Shown piece by piece: positions 1-10,073 of a stretch of DNA of 64,000 bases. The DNA comes from Candidatus Poribacteria bacterium (lineage in GTDB: Bacteria; Poribacteria; WGA-4E; WGA-3G). Both the position numbers and the translations under genes were made by a program. Location of the stretch: NCBI GenBank assembly GCA_965215265.1, contig OZ244048.1:256001-320000 (forward strand). The letters are read 5' to 3'. The notes beneath the pieces were generated by a model. The model was not told the origin of the DNA. It did not search any database and saw only the letters and a list, made by a program, of their open reading frames with translations. How positions within the stretch are numbered: position 1 is the stretch's first letter; the number at the start of each line of letters is the position of its first letter.

Positions 1-2
1 CG

Positions 3-770
3 TACGGTGACACACGCTTCGACCCGCCTAAGCCGGATCCGAACACCGGCACTAAACTTTACTGCATCAGTGGCGATGTGAACGAACCGGGGGTTTATGA
101 ACTTGAACTCGGATTAACTTGTGCTGAACTCATTGAGGTTGCAGGCGGCATCCGTGGCGAACAAGTGAAGGCAGTCATCCCGGGCGGGAGCTCAGCCCCA
201 ATTTTGACACACTATGAGCTAGACACCCGGCTCGATTTTACTTCATTGACACTCGCTAAATCGATGCTCGGTTCAGGCGGTATCATTGTGATGAACGAAA
301 CACGAAATATCGTTGACTGTCTGCTTAACATCATGAAGTTTTACGCGCATGAATCATGCGGGCAGTGCACGCCTTGCCGCTGGGGCACTCCATGGGTCCG
401 CGATATTGTCCAACGAATTGCGGACGGAGGAGGACGGCAGAAGACCGTTACACGCCCCAAGTTTGGCATCGCAAAAAACGGTAGATGGAGCGATACCGGC
501 GAAACTGAGGAAATTTATGAAGATCTTGACTTGCTCGAAAGCGTCGCCAACAATATTGCCAACGTCGATACTATGACATGGAATACTATCTGTGTGTTCG
601 GTATCGCCGTTTCTTGGCCTGCGGTTAGCTATATGCGGAAATTCCGGCCCGAATTTGAAGCAGCTATCCGCGAAGAAAAATTAACAACACTCGCTGTTGA
701 AGCAGCAACCGTACCGCCGGAGGAAAACTACGCTTACCAACAACGGATTGTACCGAAAGAAATGGCGTAA
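3..770 (+). CDS. nuoF: NADH-quinone oxidoreductase subunit F (5'-truncated by window edge)
   Basis: Frame open from position 3 (…GTKLYCISGDVNEPG); VIPGGSSAP, MLGSGGIIV and the ESCGQCTPCR…TIC 4Fe-4S motif; precedes nuoG. Confidence 0.95.
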   Translation, partial: YGDTRFDPPKPDPNTGTKLYCISGDVNEPGVYELELGLTCAELIEVAGGIRGEQVKAVIPGGSSAPILTHYELDTRLDFTSLTLAKSMLGSGGIIVMNETRNIVDCLLNIMKFYAHESCGQCTPCRWGTPWVRDIVQRIADGGGRQKTVTRPKFGIAKNGRWSDTGETEEIYEDLDLLESVANNIANVDTMTWNTICVFGIAVSWPAVSYMRKFRPEFEAAIREEKLTTLAVEAATVPPEENYAYQQRIVPKEMA

Positions 771-826
771 AAGATACTAAAGAAGCTGAAAAATACGGTT
801 ACGGGAAAAAAGGAACGCGAACCCTT

Positions 827-2500
827 ATGGCTTTTATAAAACTGAATGACCTCGAGGTAGAGGTCGAAGATGGAACGAATGTAGTTGAAGCCGCGAGGCA
901 GCACGGTATTGAAGTACCGCACTACTGTTATCACCCTGGACTCAGCCGTCCAGCGAATTGCAGGATGTGCCTCGTAGAACCTCACGTTTTCTTCCCACCC
1001 GCCGGAGCAATTGTACCCGATCGGCAGCTCGCCACCGGATGCACAACTGTACTCCGAACAGCCCCACCGGATAGAAAACTTGATGGAAAATATGACTTCA
1101 TCGTGTATACTGATAGCCCACGTGTCAAAAAAGCACGAGAAGATATACTCGAATTCTTGCTCATTCATCATCCTCTCGATTGTCCTGTCTGTGACCAGGC
1201 CGGAGAATGCGATTTGCAAGATTTTAGTTACCGGCACGGACATGACAAGAGCCGGTACCTGGAAGTCAAAAACGTGCCACCCAAGAAAGACCTGGGCCCC
1301 GATGTTTTACTCTACTCTACGCGCTGTATTGTTTGCACGCGATGCATCCGGTTTTGTGAGGAGGTCTCCGGAACAGGCGAACTTGGACTCATTCACCGCG
1401 GCTCTCATGACGAAATTGACATTCCACGTTCACACGATGGTGCCCCCTTGCAGTTGTTAGATAATAAACTTGCTGGTAATGTTGTTGATATCTGTCCCGT
1501 TGGTGCTTTAATCAGTAAGGATTTCCTCTTTAAATCACGTCCATGGTTCATGAAAAAGCAGAGCAGTGTTTGTACTGGATGTAGTGTTGGGTGCAACATT
1601 ACAGTAGAGTACAAAGAGGATGGTGTTTATAGAATCAAACCGCGTTTTCACGCTGAGATTAACCAGCACTGGATGTGTGACGATGGACGTTTGGGTTATC
1701 ACTACGTCAACAGCGACGATAGGCTCCAACTCCCAATGAAACGCATGGAAGGCGAACTGCAGCACACCCATTGGGCTGATGCCTTAGCACTGATTACGGA
1801 AAAATTGTCCGAAACGGACGCTGAGAATATCCTTGTTATCGGTTCCGCACAAGCAACGAACGAGGACAACTACATCTTACAGCAATTCGCTCGTGATGTG
1901 CTAAACACAACACAAATCGGGCTCTTCGGGAATCTCGCCGGCCAGGAGCACAAATTCCCGCAATTTACAATTGAAGCTGACAAAAATCCGAATACCGCCG
2001 GCGCACGAAAAATGCTGAGTGCTGCTGATGGGAATCACGTCTTAGAAGGTGAAGCATTGTGGGAGAAAGTTACTGAAGCGGAACTTGTTTATCTTATCAA
2101 TGGGGCACCGGAACGACTCCTCCAAGAAACAGAGAGAGCAGCCTTAGAAAATGTTGACTTCCTGATCGTTCAAGATGTGTTGCCTTCCGAACTCACACAG
2201 CTGGCAGATGTCGTGTTACCAGGCACAACGTTTACTGAAAAAGATGGTACCTTCACGAATTCAAAGGGATGGGTGCAGCGTATTCGCAAAACAGTGGATG
2301 CGCCAGGTGAGGCGCGCATTGATTGGGAAATCGTTCAACATATCGCGAAGCAGCTAGGCGCAGAGATGGACTATCATTTCGCAGGCGAAATCGCGCAGCA
2401 CATCGCTGAGAATGTGCCCGGGTACAGTGAAGCAACCCACAAAAATATTACTGATAGAGGCATCAAACTAATTCATATATTTCAGCACGACAAAGACTGA
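827..2500 (+). CDS. nuoG: NADH-quinone oxidoreductase subunit G (short form)
   Basis: PHYCYHPGL…NCRMCLVE, HPLDCPVCDQAGECDLQD, RCIVCTRCIRFC, CTGCSVGC Fe-S motifs; C-terminal ADVVLPG…EKDGTFTN. Confidence 0.95.
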   Translation: MAFIKLNDLEVEVEDGTNVVEAARQHGIEVPHYCYHPGLSRPANCRMCLVEPHVFFPPAGAIVPDRQLATGCTTVLRTAPPDRKLDGKYDFIVYTDSPRVKKAREDILEFLLIHHPLDCPVCDQAGECDLQDFSYRHGHDKSRYLEVKNVPPKKDLGPDVLLYSTRCIVCTRCIRFCEEVSGTGELGLIHRGSHDEIDIPRSHDGAPLQLLDNKLAGNVVDICPVGALISKDFLFKSRPWFMKKQSSVCTGCSVGCNITVEYKEDGVYRIKPRFHAEINQHWMCDDGRLGYHYVNSDDRLQLPMKRMEGELQHTHWADALALITEKLSETDAENILVIGSAQATNEDNYILQQFARDVLNTTQIGLFGNLAGQEHKFPQFTIEADKNPNTAGARKMLSAADGNHVLEGEALWEKVTEAELVYLINGAPERLLQETERAALENVDFLIVQDVLPSELTQLADVVLPGTTFTEKDGTFTNSKGWVQRIRKTVDAPGEARIDWEIVQHIAKQLGAEMDYHFAGEIAQHIAENVPGYSEATHKNITDRGIKLIHIFQHDKD

Positions 2501-2834
2501 TTTTTTGTATATTTCAGCCCATCAACGCCTGATGTTTTTCGTATATCTCCGTCCCGTCAACGCTTATGTATTAACGGGCGTGTGTAAATCTCGTCGGAGC
2601 CGTTCGCGGTTTAGATTCAATACATCGAAGGGCTCTGACGAGATTTGTACAGGTTTTTACATAATCTATAGATGGCAGGTGGCCGGGTTCGGTTTTCTTG
2701 TCTCTCCTACATGGAGAGATAAAGAATACCTATCCTGCCACAAACGCCTTTATTGGGCTCCTGTAGACGAAAAAGCGAGATTTGGAAAGGGGTTAACATT
2801 ACAACTGCCTTTGTTGTGCTGCAGCATACAAAAA
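2476..2834. repeat. Nested palindromic intergenic element, copy A (MITE/REP-like)
   Basis: Core inverted repeat TGTGTAAATCTCGTCGGAGC (2581-2600) / GCTCTGACGAGATTTGTACA (2632-2651); about 2507-2703 is a near-identical reverse complement of about 10420-10615; three ~33-bp TATATYTCMG-led subrepeats at 2476, 2508 and 2542. Confidence 0.85.
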
Positions 2835-2845
2835 GAGGAGGAACA

Positions 2846-4033
2846 ATGGATTTACCAATTAAAGTTTTTCTTTTAAGTTCAGTCGCTAAAATCATTGTTA
2901 TCGCACATCTGCTTATTATTGGCGTGATGGTTATGATTTGGGCAGAACGCCGCGTAAGCGGCTGGATGCAAGACCGGCTCGGTCCCAACCGTGTCGGGCC
3001 CCTAGGATTGCTCCAACCCATCGCAGACGGGCTCAAATTCTTGTTCAAGGAAGATCTCATCCCAAATCACGTCGACAAGCCGATTTACGTTCTTGCACCA
3101 GCAATGCTTTTGATACCGGCCCTGGTCACAGTTGCAGTTGTACCTTTTGGAAGCGCGATCACGATTGCCGGACATGAAATCCCACTACAAATTGCGGATA
3201 TCAACATCGGTATTTTGTACGTTTTGGCAATTACGTCACTTGGTGTCTACGGTGTCGTACTTGGTGCCTGGGCATCCAATAACAAGTACTCGCTGTTAGG
3301 TGGATTGCGTTCATCTGCTCAGATGATTAGTTATGAATTGACGCTCGGCTTAGCTATTATCGGCGTGTTGATGCTATCCAGCTCACTGAGTTTGCGAGAT
3401 ATTGCATCGGAACAAGGGGCATATCCATGGGGATGGAACTTCCTGATTCACTTCCCCGCGTTCCTGGCATTTACTACGGCGATGTTTGCAGAAACCAACC
3501 GATTGCCGTTTGACCTCGCTGAAGCAGAACAAGAACTTGTCGCAGGCTATCATACGGAATACAGCAGCATGAAATTTGCTATGTTTTTCATGGCAGAATA
3601 TATGAATATGATCGTCGGCTCCGCGGTGACGGTGACGCTCTTCCTAGGCGGTTGGCACTTTTTCGGATTGGAAAATATCGGCGGTCCGGTGCTGAGCGGA
3701 CTTATCTCTTTTGCCATCTTTTTCGTCAAAACCGCAATTTTCCTATTTGTCTTTATCTGGGTACGTTGGACACTTCCACGCTTCCGCTATGATCAATTGA
3801 TGAACCTCGGTTGGAAATTCCTGCTACCGATAGCACTGAGTTCAATCGTCGTCACGGGGTTACTCTGGGTAACAACAGATGGTAACCGGGTCGCGGTAGG
3901 AATTGGGAACGTGGTTGCGGCGTTTATCGTGGTATCCATCGTAGGAGGCTTGCTTGTGATGAATAAACAACCTGAACCTGCAACACCAGAAATTTCTGGT
4001 TTAAGCACGCTTGAACGCAATGTGAACGAATAG
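2846..4033 (+). CDS. nuoH: NADH-quinone oxidoreductase subunit H
   Basis: ERRV…QDRLGPNRVGP, QPIADGLK, ETNRLPFDLAEAEQELVAGYHTEYS, RWTLPRFRYDQLM; ATG at 2846 after a GAGGAGG RBS. Confidence 0.96.
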   Translation: MDLPIKVFLLSSVAKIIVIAHLLIIGVMVMIWAERRVSGWMQDRLGPNRVGPLGLLQPIADGLKFLFKEDLIPNHVDKPIYVLAPAMLLIPALVTVAVVPFGSAITIAGHEIPLQIADINIGILYVLAITSLGVYGVVLGAWASNNKYSLLGGLRSSAQMISYELTLGLAIIGVLMLSSSLSLRDIASEQGAYPWGWNFLIHFPAFLAFTTAMFAETNRLPFDLAEAEQELVAGYHTEYSSMKFAMFFMAEYMNMIVGSAVTVTLFLGGWHFFGLENIGGPVLSGLISFAIFFVKTAIFLFVFIWVRWTLPRFRYDQLMNLGWKFLLPIALSSIVVTGLLWVTTDGNRVAVGIGNVVAAFIVVSIVGGLLVMNKQPEPATPEISGLSTLERNVNE

Positions 4034-4045
4034 GAGATTATCCAC

Positions 4046-4549
4046 ATGAACGCAGAACAAATTTTGTTTATCATTTTTGGGTTAATCTCGCTCGCAGGCG
4101 CGATTGCTGTCATTTCGTTTCGTCATCCAATTTACAGTGCACTGTCACTGATTGTGACGTTCTTCTCGCAAGCCGGACTCTTTGTAATTCTTGGTGCACA
4201 TTTTGTAGCCGCTGCGCAAGTGATTGTCTACGCTGGGGCTATTATGGTACTGTTCCTTTTTGTAATTATGCTGTTGAATTTAGGTACCCTCTCCACAAGG
4301 CAGAGTATGGGCGGAAAAGTGAAGGGATTTGCTATCGTTTTGGGCATTCTTCTTGCCGTTGAAGGCATCTACATAGCCGTTAAAACTACCGGCGATGCTG
4401 AGCAGGCTACCGAACCTATAACAACTTACAAGATTGGAGAACTCCTATTCAGCAAGTATCTTTTGCCTTTTGAAGTAACTTCCCTTATACTGCTTGCAGC
4501 GTTAATTGGAGTTCTCGTGCTTGTAAAACGCGAAAAACTAAACACGTAG
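4046..4549 (+). CDS. nuoJ: NADH-quinone oxidoreductase subunit J
   Basis: [20 protein letters not shown] and [13 protein letters not shown] motifs. Confidence 0.95.
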   Translation: MNAEQILFIIFGLISLAGAIAVISFRHPIYSALSLIVTFFSQAGLFVILGAHFVAAAQVIVYAGAIMVLFLFVIMLLNLGTLSTRQSMGGKVKGFAIVLGILLAVEGIYIAVKTTGDAEQATEPITTYKIGELLFSKYLLPFEVTSLILLAALIGVLVLVKREKLNT

Positions 4550-4566
4550 TGCCAGGAGGATTTAAT

Positions 4567-4866
4567 ATGGGATTAGAATACTACCTTATTTTAAGTGCGC
4601 TCCTATTCACAATTGGCGTTATCGGAGTTCTCGTGCGTAGGAACGCGATTATTATTTTTATGTGTATTGAACTGATGCTGAATGCTGCCAACCTCGCTTT
4701 CGTAGCGATCAGTCGTAGCCTTGGTGAAGCGACAGGTCAGGTGTTCGTTTTCTTTGTCATGACTGTCGCCGCTGCCGAAGTCGCAATTGGCCTAGCAATT
4801 ATTGTAAGCGTGTTTAAACATCGCCAAACCATTAATGTAGACGAAGTCAGCTCGCTGAAAGGGTAA
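4567..4866 (+). CDS. nuoK: NADH-quinone oxidoreductase subunit K
   Basis: [31 protein letters not shown]; ATG at 4567 after an AGGAGG RBS. Confidence 0.95.
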   Translation: MGLEYYLILSALLFTIGVIGVLVRRNAIIIFMCIELMLNAANLAFVAISRSLGEATGQVFVFFVMTVAAAEVAIGLAIIVSVFKHRQTINVDEVSSLKG

Positions 4867-4884
4867 GCAAGGAAGGAAACGAAA

Positions 4885-6771
4885 ATGTCGCGTGAACTCA
4901 TTGTTATTCTGTTAATCTCTCCTCTGATTGGATTCTTGATTAACGGACTATTTGGCAAATTTTTGAAAGGTAACGAAAAATTCAGCGGGTGGATCGGTGC
5001 CCTAGCGGTATTAGTTTCGTTTATCTGTTCCGTTGTGGTGTTCACAAGTGTAAGCAGTGGCCCGGTATTTGATGCCGTGCTTTATGAATGGATCTCAGGG
5101 GATTCGTTCACTTTCAACATCGGTTTCCACGTTGACGCACTCACGACTGTCATGCTATTGGTTATTACCGGTGTAGGGTTCATCATCCACGTCTATTCTA
5201 TCGGGTATATGCATGGCGATGCCGGGTACACACGTTACTTTGCGTATCTGAACCTGTTTGTTTTCGCAATGTTGCTACTGGTACTCGGTAACAATTATTT
5301 GATGATGTTTATTGGCTGGGAGGGAGTTGGGCTCTGCTCTTATCTCCTGATCGGGTTCTGGTACGACAAACAGTCCGCGACGGATGCCGGGAAGAAGGCA
5401 TTTATCGTCAACCGCATCGGTGATTTCGGGTTTCTGTTGGGCATGTTTACACTGTTCGCGGCGTTCGGTAGCCTTGATTTCACGACGATATTTGATAGCG
5501 CGGAGACTCGTAATTTTCAACAGGTTTTCGGTGCAAGTACGCTTGTTATCGCCACACTTTTGCTATTTGTAGGTGCAATTGGGAAATCAGCACAGATTCC
5601 CCTCTACGTCTGGCTTCCGGATGCGATGGAAGGTCCAACGCCTGTCAGTGCCTTAATCCACGCCGCCACAATGGTAACCGCCGGAGTCTATATGATAGCT
5701 CGTTCCGCGGTGCTCTATGATTTGGCGCACACCGGGCAAGTAGTAGCATGGGTAGGAGTTTTGACCGCGCTTTTTGCCGCCACAATAGCTATCACACAGA
5801 ACGATATCAAACGCATCCTCGCTTATTCAACGGTGAGCCAGCTCGGATATATGTTCGTCGGCGTAGGAGTCGGCGCATACGCCTCAGGGGTTTTCCATTT
5901 AATGACACATGCCTTTTTCAAAGGGTTAATGTTCCTCGCCGCAGGCAGTGTGATGCACGCCATGGCGAATGAACTTGATATGCGGAAGATGGGTGGACTA
6001 AGAACCAAGATGCCGATAACGCATTGGACATTCCTTATTGGTGCCCTTGCAATTGCCGGAGTTCCGCTTCTCAGCGGCTTTTGGAGTAAAGATGAGATTC
6101 TGCACAGCGCATGGAGCAGTAGCAAAGCGATTTACATCATCGGCTTGCTCACGGCATTTTTGACAGCATTCTATATGTTCCGGCTCATTTTCGTCACCTT
6201 TTACGGAAAATCGCGTGTGGAATCCGACGTTGCCTCCCACCTCCACGAATCTCCTGCGATAATGTGGGTGCCCTTGGCGATCCTCGCTATTCCATCAGCA
6301 ATCCTCGGTATCCTAGTTGGGTGGGACGGACATAATAGCGTGTTCCATCATTTCACGAAAACTGTTTTTCCAGCGGCACACGGTGAGTCATCTGGCAACG
6401 TTTTCCTATTTATGGTAATCTCAGCAATTGTCGGCCTTGCAGGAATTGCGCTTTCATGGTTGCGATATAAAAATCGCACGCCTTCGGCACAACCCGGAAA
6501 TACTCTCCATAAACTTGTCGCAAACAAATACTACATTGATGAAATATATAACACCGTCTTTGTGCAGCCGATTAAAAACATTTCGCACTATCTATTATGG
6601 CGCGTCGTAGATACCGGCATTATTGATGGTATCGTCAACGGTGTGGCTGCTGCCATCAGGCTCATTGGTGGAACTTTGCGACGGTTGCAAACAGGAGTAG
6701 TTCAAGCCTATATTGTGTCGATGGTGGTGGGTATTGTCTTGTTTCTTGCATACTATCTATTTGTTCGGTGA
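4885..6771 (+). CDS. nuoL: NADH-quinone oxidoreductase subunit L
   Basis: GWEGVGLCSYLLIGFW, KSAQIPLYVWLPDAMEGPTPVSALIHAATMV, THAFFK. Confidence 0.96.
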   Translation: MSRELIVILLISPLIGFLINGLFGKFLKGNEKFSGWIGALAVLVSFICSVVVFTSVSSGPVFDAVLYEWISGDSFTFNIGFHVDALTTVMLLVITGVGFIIHVYSIGYMHGDAGYTRYFAYLNLFVFAMLLLVLGNNYLMMFIGWEGVGLCSYLLIGFWYDKQSATDAGKKAFIVNRIGDFGFLLGMFTLFAAFGSLDFTTIFDSAETRNFQQVFGASTLVIATLLLFVGAIGKSAQIPLYVWLPDAMEGPTPVSALIHAATMVTAGVYMIARSAVLYDLAHTGQVVAWVGVLTALFAATIAITQNDIKRILAYSTVSQLGYMFVGVGVGAYASGVFHLMTHAFFKGLMFLAAGSVMHAMANELDMRKMGGLRTKMPITHWTFLIGALAIAGVPLLSGFWSKDEILHSAWSSSKAIYIIGLLTAFLTAFYMFRLIFVTFYGKSRVESDVASHLHESPAIMWVPLAILAIPSAILGILVGWDGHNSVFHHFTKTVFPAAHGESSGNVFLFMVISAIVGLAGIALSWLRYKNRTPSAQPGNTLHKLVANKYYIDEIYNTVFVQPIKNISHYLLWRVVDTGIIDGIVNGVAAAIRLIGGTLRRLQTGVVQAYIVSMVVGIVLFLAYYLFVR

Positions 6772-6976
6772 TTTTTGTATACCGCAGCACATCACAAGTC
6801 GCTTTTTCGTCTACAGGAGCCCATCAACGCCTGATGCTTTGCTAATGACTGTGTAAATCTCGTCAGAGCCTCTTTATGCTATGCCTAAGGAATCTCCGAC
6901 GAGATTTACACACGAGTATTTATGACATAAGCGTTGATGGTACGGAGATATACAAAAAACTGAAATATACAAAAAA
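6772..6976. repeat. Nested palindromic intergenic element, copy B (opposite orientation to A)
   Basis: Ends TTTGTATACCGCAGCAC…CTGAAATATACAAA; core TGTGTAAATCTCGTCAGAG / CTCCGACGAGATTTACACA; shares GCTTTTTCGTCTACAGGAGCCC with copy A (reverse complement). Confidence 0.82.
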
Positions 6977-6987
6977 AGGAGGCTTCA

Positions 6988-8568
6988 TTGTTACTTTCAA
7001 TAATCATTTTTTTACCATTGCTCGGCGTGATAGCGATTGCGTTGCTCAGAAGGTTAGGCCCATCTGCTATCAAATGCATCGCACTTGCTATCGGGCTACT
7101 AACCTTTGTCATTTCGCTGGGGCTTTACACCGGGTTTGACACCGATATAGCGGGAATACAACCTAAATTCGAGCAAAATCGAACCTGGATCCAAGGGTTA
7201 GGAGTAAATTACCACATCGGCATTGACGGTATCTCGTTGTGGTTAGTGCTGCTAACGACATTTTTGACACCCGTGTGTATTCTCGCAGCCTGGAACTCAG
7301 TTGAGAAGGGATTGAGCGGCTTCCTCATGTCATTGCTCGCACTTGAGACTGGAATGTTGGGTGTGTTCTGTGCCTTAGACCTATTCCTATTTTTCGTCTT
7401 TTGGGAATCCATGCTCATTCCAATGTATTTTCTCATCGGAATTTGGGGCGGTGAACGCCGCATTTACGCGACTGTGAAGTTTGTACTCTATACGATGGCT
7501 GGCAGTGCCTTGATGCTGGTTGGTATTCTTTACCTTTACTTCCAAAACGACAATAGTTTTGCACTGCTGACGTTATACGAGAAAGCAAGCACGGGAACCT
7601 TCCAGCACGCGAATCTCTTATTTCTTGCATTTTTCATTGCCTTCGCCATAAAAGTGCCGCTCTTTCCATTCCATACCTGGCTGCCAGATGCACACGTAGA
7701 AGCACCGACAGTCGGGAGCGTCATCCTTGCCGGTGTGCTCCTCAAAATGGGTACCTATGGTATCGTCCGATTTTGCCTGCCTCTCTTCCCTGAGGCAGCG
7801 GTTACCTATACCCCTTTGATAGCTACGCTCGCTGTAATCGGCATTATTTATGGCGCGTTGGTGGCGATGGTGCAGCCCGATTTAAAGAAACTGGTAGCCT
7901 ATTCTAGTGTCAGCCACCTCGGCTTTGTGGTGTTAGGGCTTTTTTCCGCACATCACGCAGGCATCCAAGGTGGTGTTCTGCAGATGATTAATCACGGATT
8001 GAGTACGGGGGCACTCTTCCTTTTGGTAGGCATGATTTACGAACGGCGGCACAGTCGAATGATTGTGGACTTCGGCGGTCTTGCGAAAAAGATGCCGATT
8101 TTCGCCACACTCTTTATGATTGCAACTTTATCGTCTATTGGGCTACCGGGGCTGAACGGATTCGTCGGTGAATTTATGATACTGCTCGGCAGTTTTGTCA
8201 GTGGTGCCTTCTCCAAAGTCTACGTCGTACTCGCGGCAACCGGTGTGATTCTTGCAGCCATCTATATGTTATGGATGTTTCAACGTGTCATGTTTGGCAC
8301 GCCTGATAAAATTAACGCCGCACTGCCTGATTTGACAGCGCGTGAATTGATTGTCTTGCTGCCACTCATGCTATTCATTGTTTGGATAGGCGTTTATCCA
8401 AAGCCATTTCTCAGTCGAATGGAGAAGTCTGTAGATGTCGTCGTGAAGCAAGTACGGCGTGGAACAGCTCCAGCAATTGGACAGGTCACCCCTCAAATAG
8501 GGGAAATCTCTGTACCTCAAACGTCCAATAAATCATTTTTACACACGGAGGGAGAAATAAGTCAGTGA
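6988..8568 (+). CDS. nuoM: NADH-quinone oxidoreductase subunit M
   Basis: DLFLFFVFWE, KVPLFPFHTWLPDAHVEAPT, LKMGTYG, AYSSVSHLG; TTG start after AGGAGG. Confidence 0.95.
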   Translation: MLLSIIIFLPLLGVIAIALLRRLGPSAIKCIALAIGLLTFVISLGLYTGFDTDIAGIQPKFEQNRTWIQGLGVNYHIGIDGISLWLVLLTTFLTPVCILAAWNSVEKGLSGFLMSLLALETGMLGVFCALDLFLFFVFWESMLIPMYFLIGIWGGERRIYATVKFVLYTMAGSALMLVGILYLYFQNDNSFALLTLYEKASTGTFQHANLLFLAFFIAFAIKVPLFPFHTWLPDAHVEAPTVGSVILAGVLLKMGTYGIVRFCLPLFPEAAVTYTPLIATLAVIGIIYGALVAMVQPDLKKLVAYSSVSHLGFVVLGLFSAHHAGIQGGVLQMINHGLSTGALFLLVGMIYERRHSRMIVDFGGLAKKMPIFATLFMIATLSSIGLPGLNGFVGEFMILLGSFVSGAFSKVYVVLAATGVILAAIYMLWMFQRVMFGTPDKINAALPDLTARELIVLLPLMLFIVWIGVYPKPFLSRMEKSVDVVVKQVRRGTAPAIGQVTPQIGEISVPQTSNKSFLHTEGEISQ

Positions 8569-10073
8569 CAGCCAAACGTGGGCGCATATGTCTTCCTAAC
8601 ATATCTCAGTTCGCCCTTATAACCCTGATTCTTTTTATAATTTTAGTCTTCGCCGGTCCGGCTGAAGTAGCGCTCGCAGCAGACGAGGCGCACGATAGCC
8701 ATGGCGTGTCCGGCGAGAAACTACCCATCTGGAGTATTATCCCCTTTGTCGGTATATTACTCTGTATTGCGATTATTCCTGTCGTCTGGGAACCGCACTT
8801 CCTCGTTCACCATGGCGGAAAGATGTCCTTAGCATGGGCGTTAATTTTTGCAATTCCGTACCTTGCTGTCTTCCGAGGTGAGGCGTTTTACGATATCCTG
8901 CATATTTACCTGATCGACTATATTCCTTTCATTATTCTGTTATGGGGATTGTTTACTGTCGCAGGCGGCATCCTGGTGCAGGGTACACTGCGCGGCACAC
9001 CGTTAGTAAATACCTTTTTACTGCTCATCGGTACCGCAATTGCCTCCTGGGTGGGGACGACTGGGGCATCAATGCTCCTCATTCGTCCGTTGATTCGTGC
9101 GAATGCCTACCGGAAAAACAAGGTCCATCTCATCATTTTTTTCATCTTCCTTGTCAGTAACATTGGCGGCTCCCTAACGCCCCTGGGAGACCCGCCGCTG
9201 TTTTTAGGATTCCTACACAATGTACCGTTCTTCTGGACAACAACCGCCCTTTTTCCACACATGCTGTTTATTAGTGTCATCTTAATAGTACTTTTCTTCA
9301 TTCTAGACACCTTTATGTTTAAACGCGAAGGCGGGCAGGTTCCAGATGATGGTACCAGCGAACCCATTCGGGTAGAGGGGTTGTTTAACCTTGTTTTCTT
9401 ATTTGGCATCATCGCCGCTGTCTTAATGAGCGGGACCCTGAAACTTGGGGAAGTTAACATACTCGGGGTTCATGTCTACTGGCAGAGCCTTGCACGCGAC
9501 ATTTTAATCGTCGTGATGGGGCTGTTATCCCTCAAATGGACCCCTTTTAGTGGAGAATTACGACAGGCCAACGAATTTTCATGGGAACCGATTGAAGAAG
9601 TGGCCAAGGTGTTCGCCGGTATCTTTATGACAATCATACCGGCATTGGCTATTCTCAAAGCAGGCGAAAATGGGGCACTCGGCGGGTTAAACCGAATGAT
9701 TCAAGAGCCGATGCACTATTTTTGGATAACAGGTATTCTGTCCAGTTTTTTAGACAATGCACCCACGTACTTAACCTTTTTTAATACCGCCCTTGGAAAG
9801 CTGCATCTCACGGAAGACCTCATTCCGCAAATTGTATCTGGACAATTGGCTGAACCGCAGCATCTGGAATTTGTGAAATTGCTAACCGCAATCTCTATCG
9901 GGGCAGTATTTATGGGCGCGAACACCTATATCGGGAACGCCCCGAATTTTATGGTAAAGTCAATTGCAGAGCACAGTCACATTCCTATGCCGAGCTTCTT
10001 CGGTTATATGCTCTGGTCGGTTGTGATCTTAATGCCACTTTTTGTCATTGTGACGTTCGTTTTTTTACTTTAG
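8565..10073 (+). CDS. Putative Na+/H+ antiporter (IT superfamily, CitMHS_2/NhaD-like)
   Basis: Polytopic membrane protein with SNIGGSLTPLGDPPLFLG, SSFLDNAPTY and GANTYIGNAPNFMV motifs; overlaps the nuoM stop. Confidence 0.85.
   Translation: MTAKRGRICLPNISQFALITLILFIILVFAGPAEVALAADEAHDSHGVSGEKLPIWSIIPFVGILLCIAIIPVVWEPHFLVHHGGKMSLAWALIFAIPYLAVFRGEAFYDILHIYLIDYIPFIILLWGLFTVAGGILVQGTLRGTPLVNTFLLLIGTAIASWVGTTGASMLLIRPLIRANAYRKNKVHLIIFFIFLVSNIGGSLTPLGDPPLFLGFLHNVPFFWTTTALFPHMLFISVILIVLFFILDTFMFKREGGQVPDDGTSEPIRVEGLFNLVFLFGIIAAVLMSGTLKLGEVNILGVHVYWQSLARDILIVVMGLLSLKWTPFSGELRQANEFSWEPIEEVAKVFAGIFMTIIPALAILKAGENGALGGLNRMIQEPMHYFWITGILSSFLDNAPTYLTFFNTALGKLHLTEDLIPQIVSGQLAEPQHLEFVKLLTAISIGAVFMGANTYIGNAPNFMVKSIAEHSHIPMPSFFGYMLWSVVILMPLFVIVTFVFLL

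Noticed and set aside
2476-2570. ~33-bp tandem subrepeats as a CRISPR array
   Set aside because: No unique spacers, only three degenerate units, and no cas genes
2505-2876. ORFs 2505-2876, 10359-10592, 6876-7139 and 16673-16894 share peptide similarity
   Set aside because: The similarity comes from the non-coding repeat element; frames and strands are inconsistent and there is no RBS
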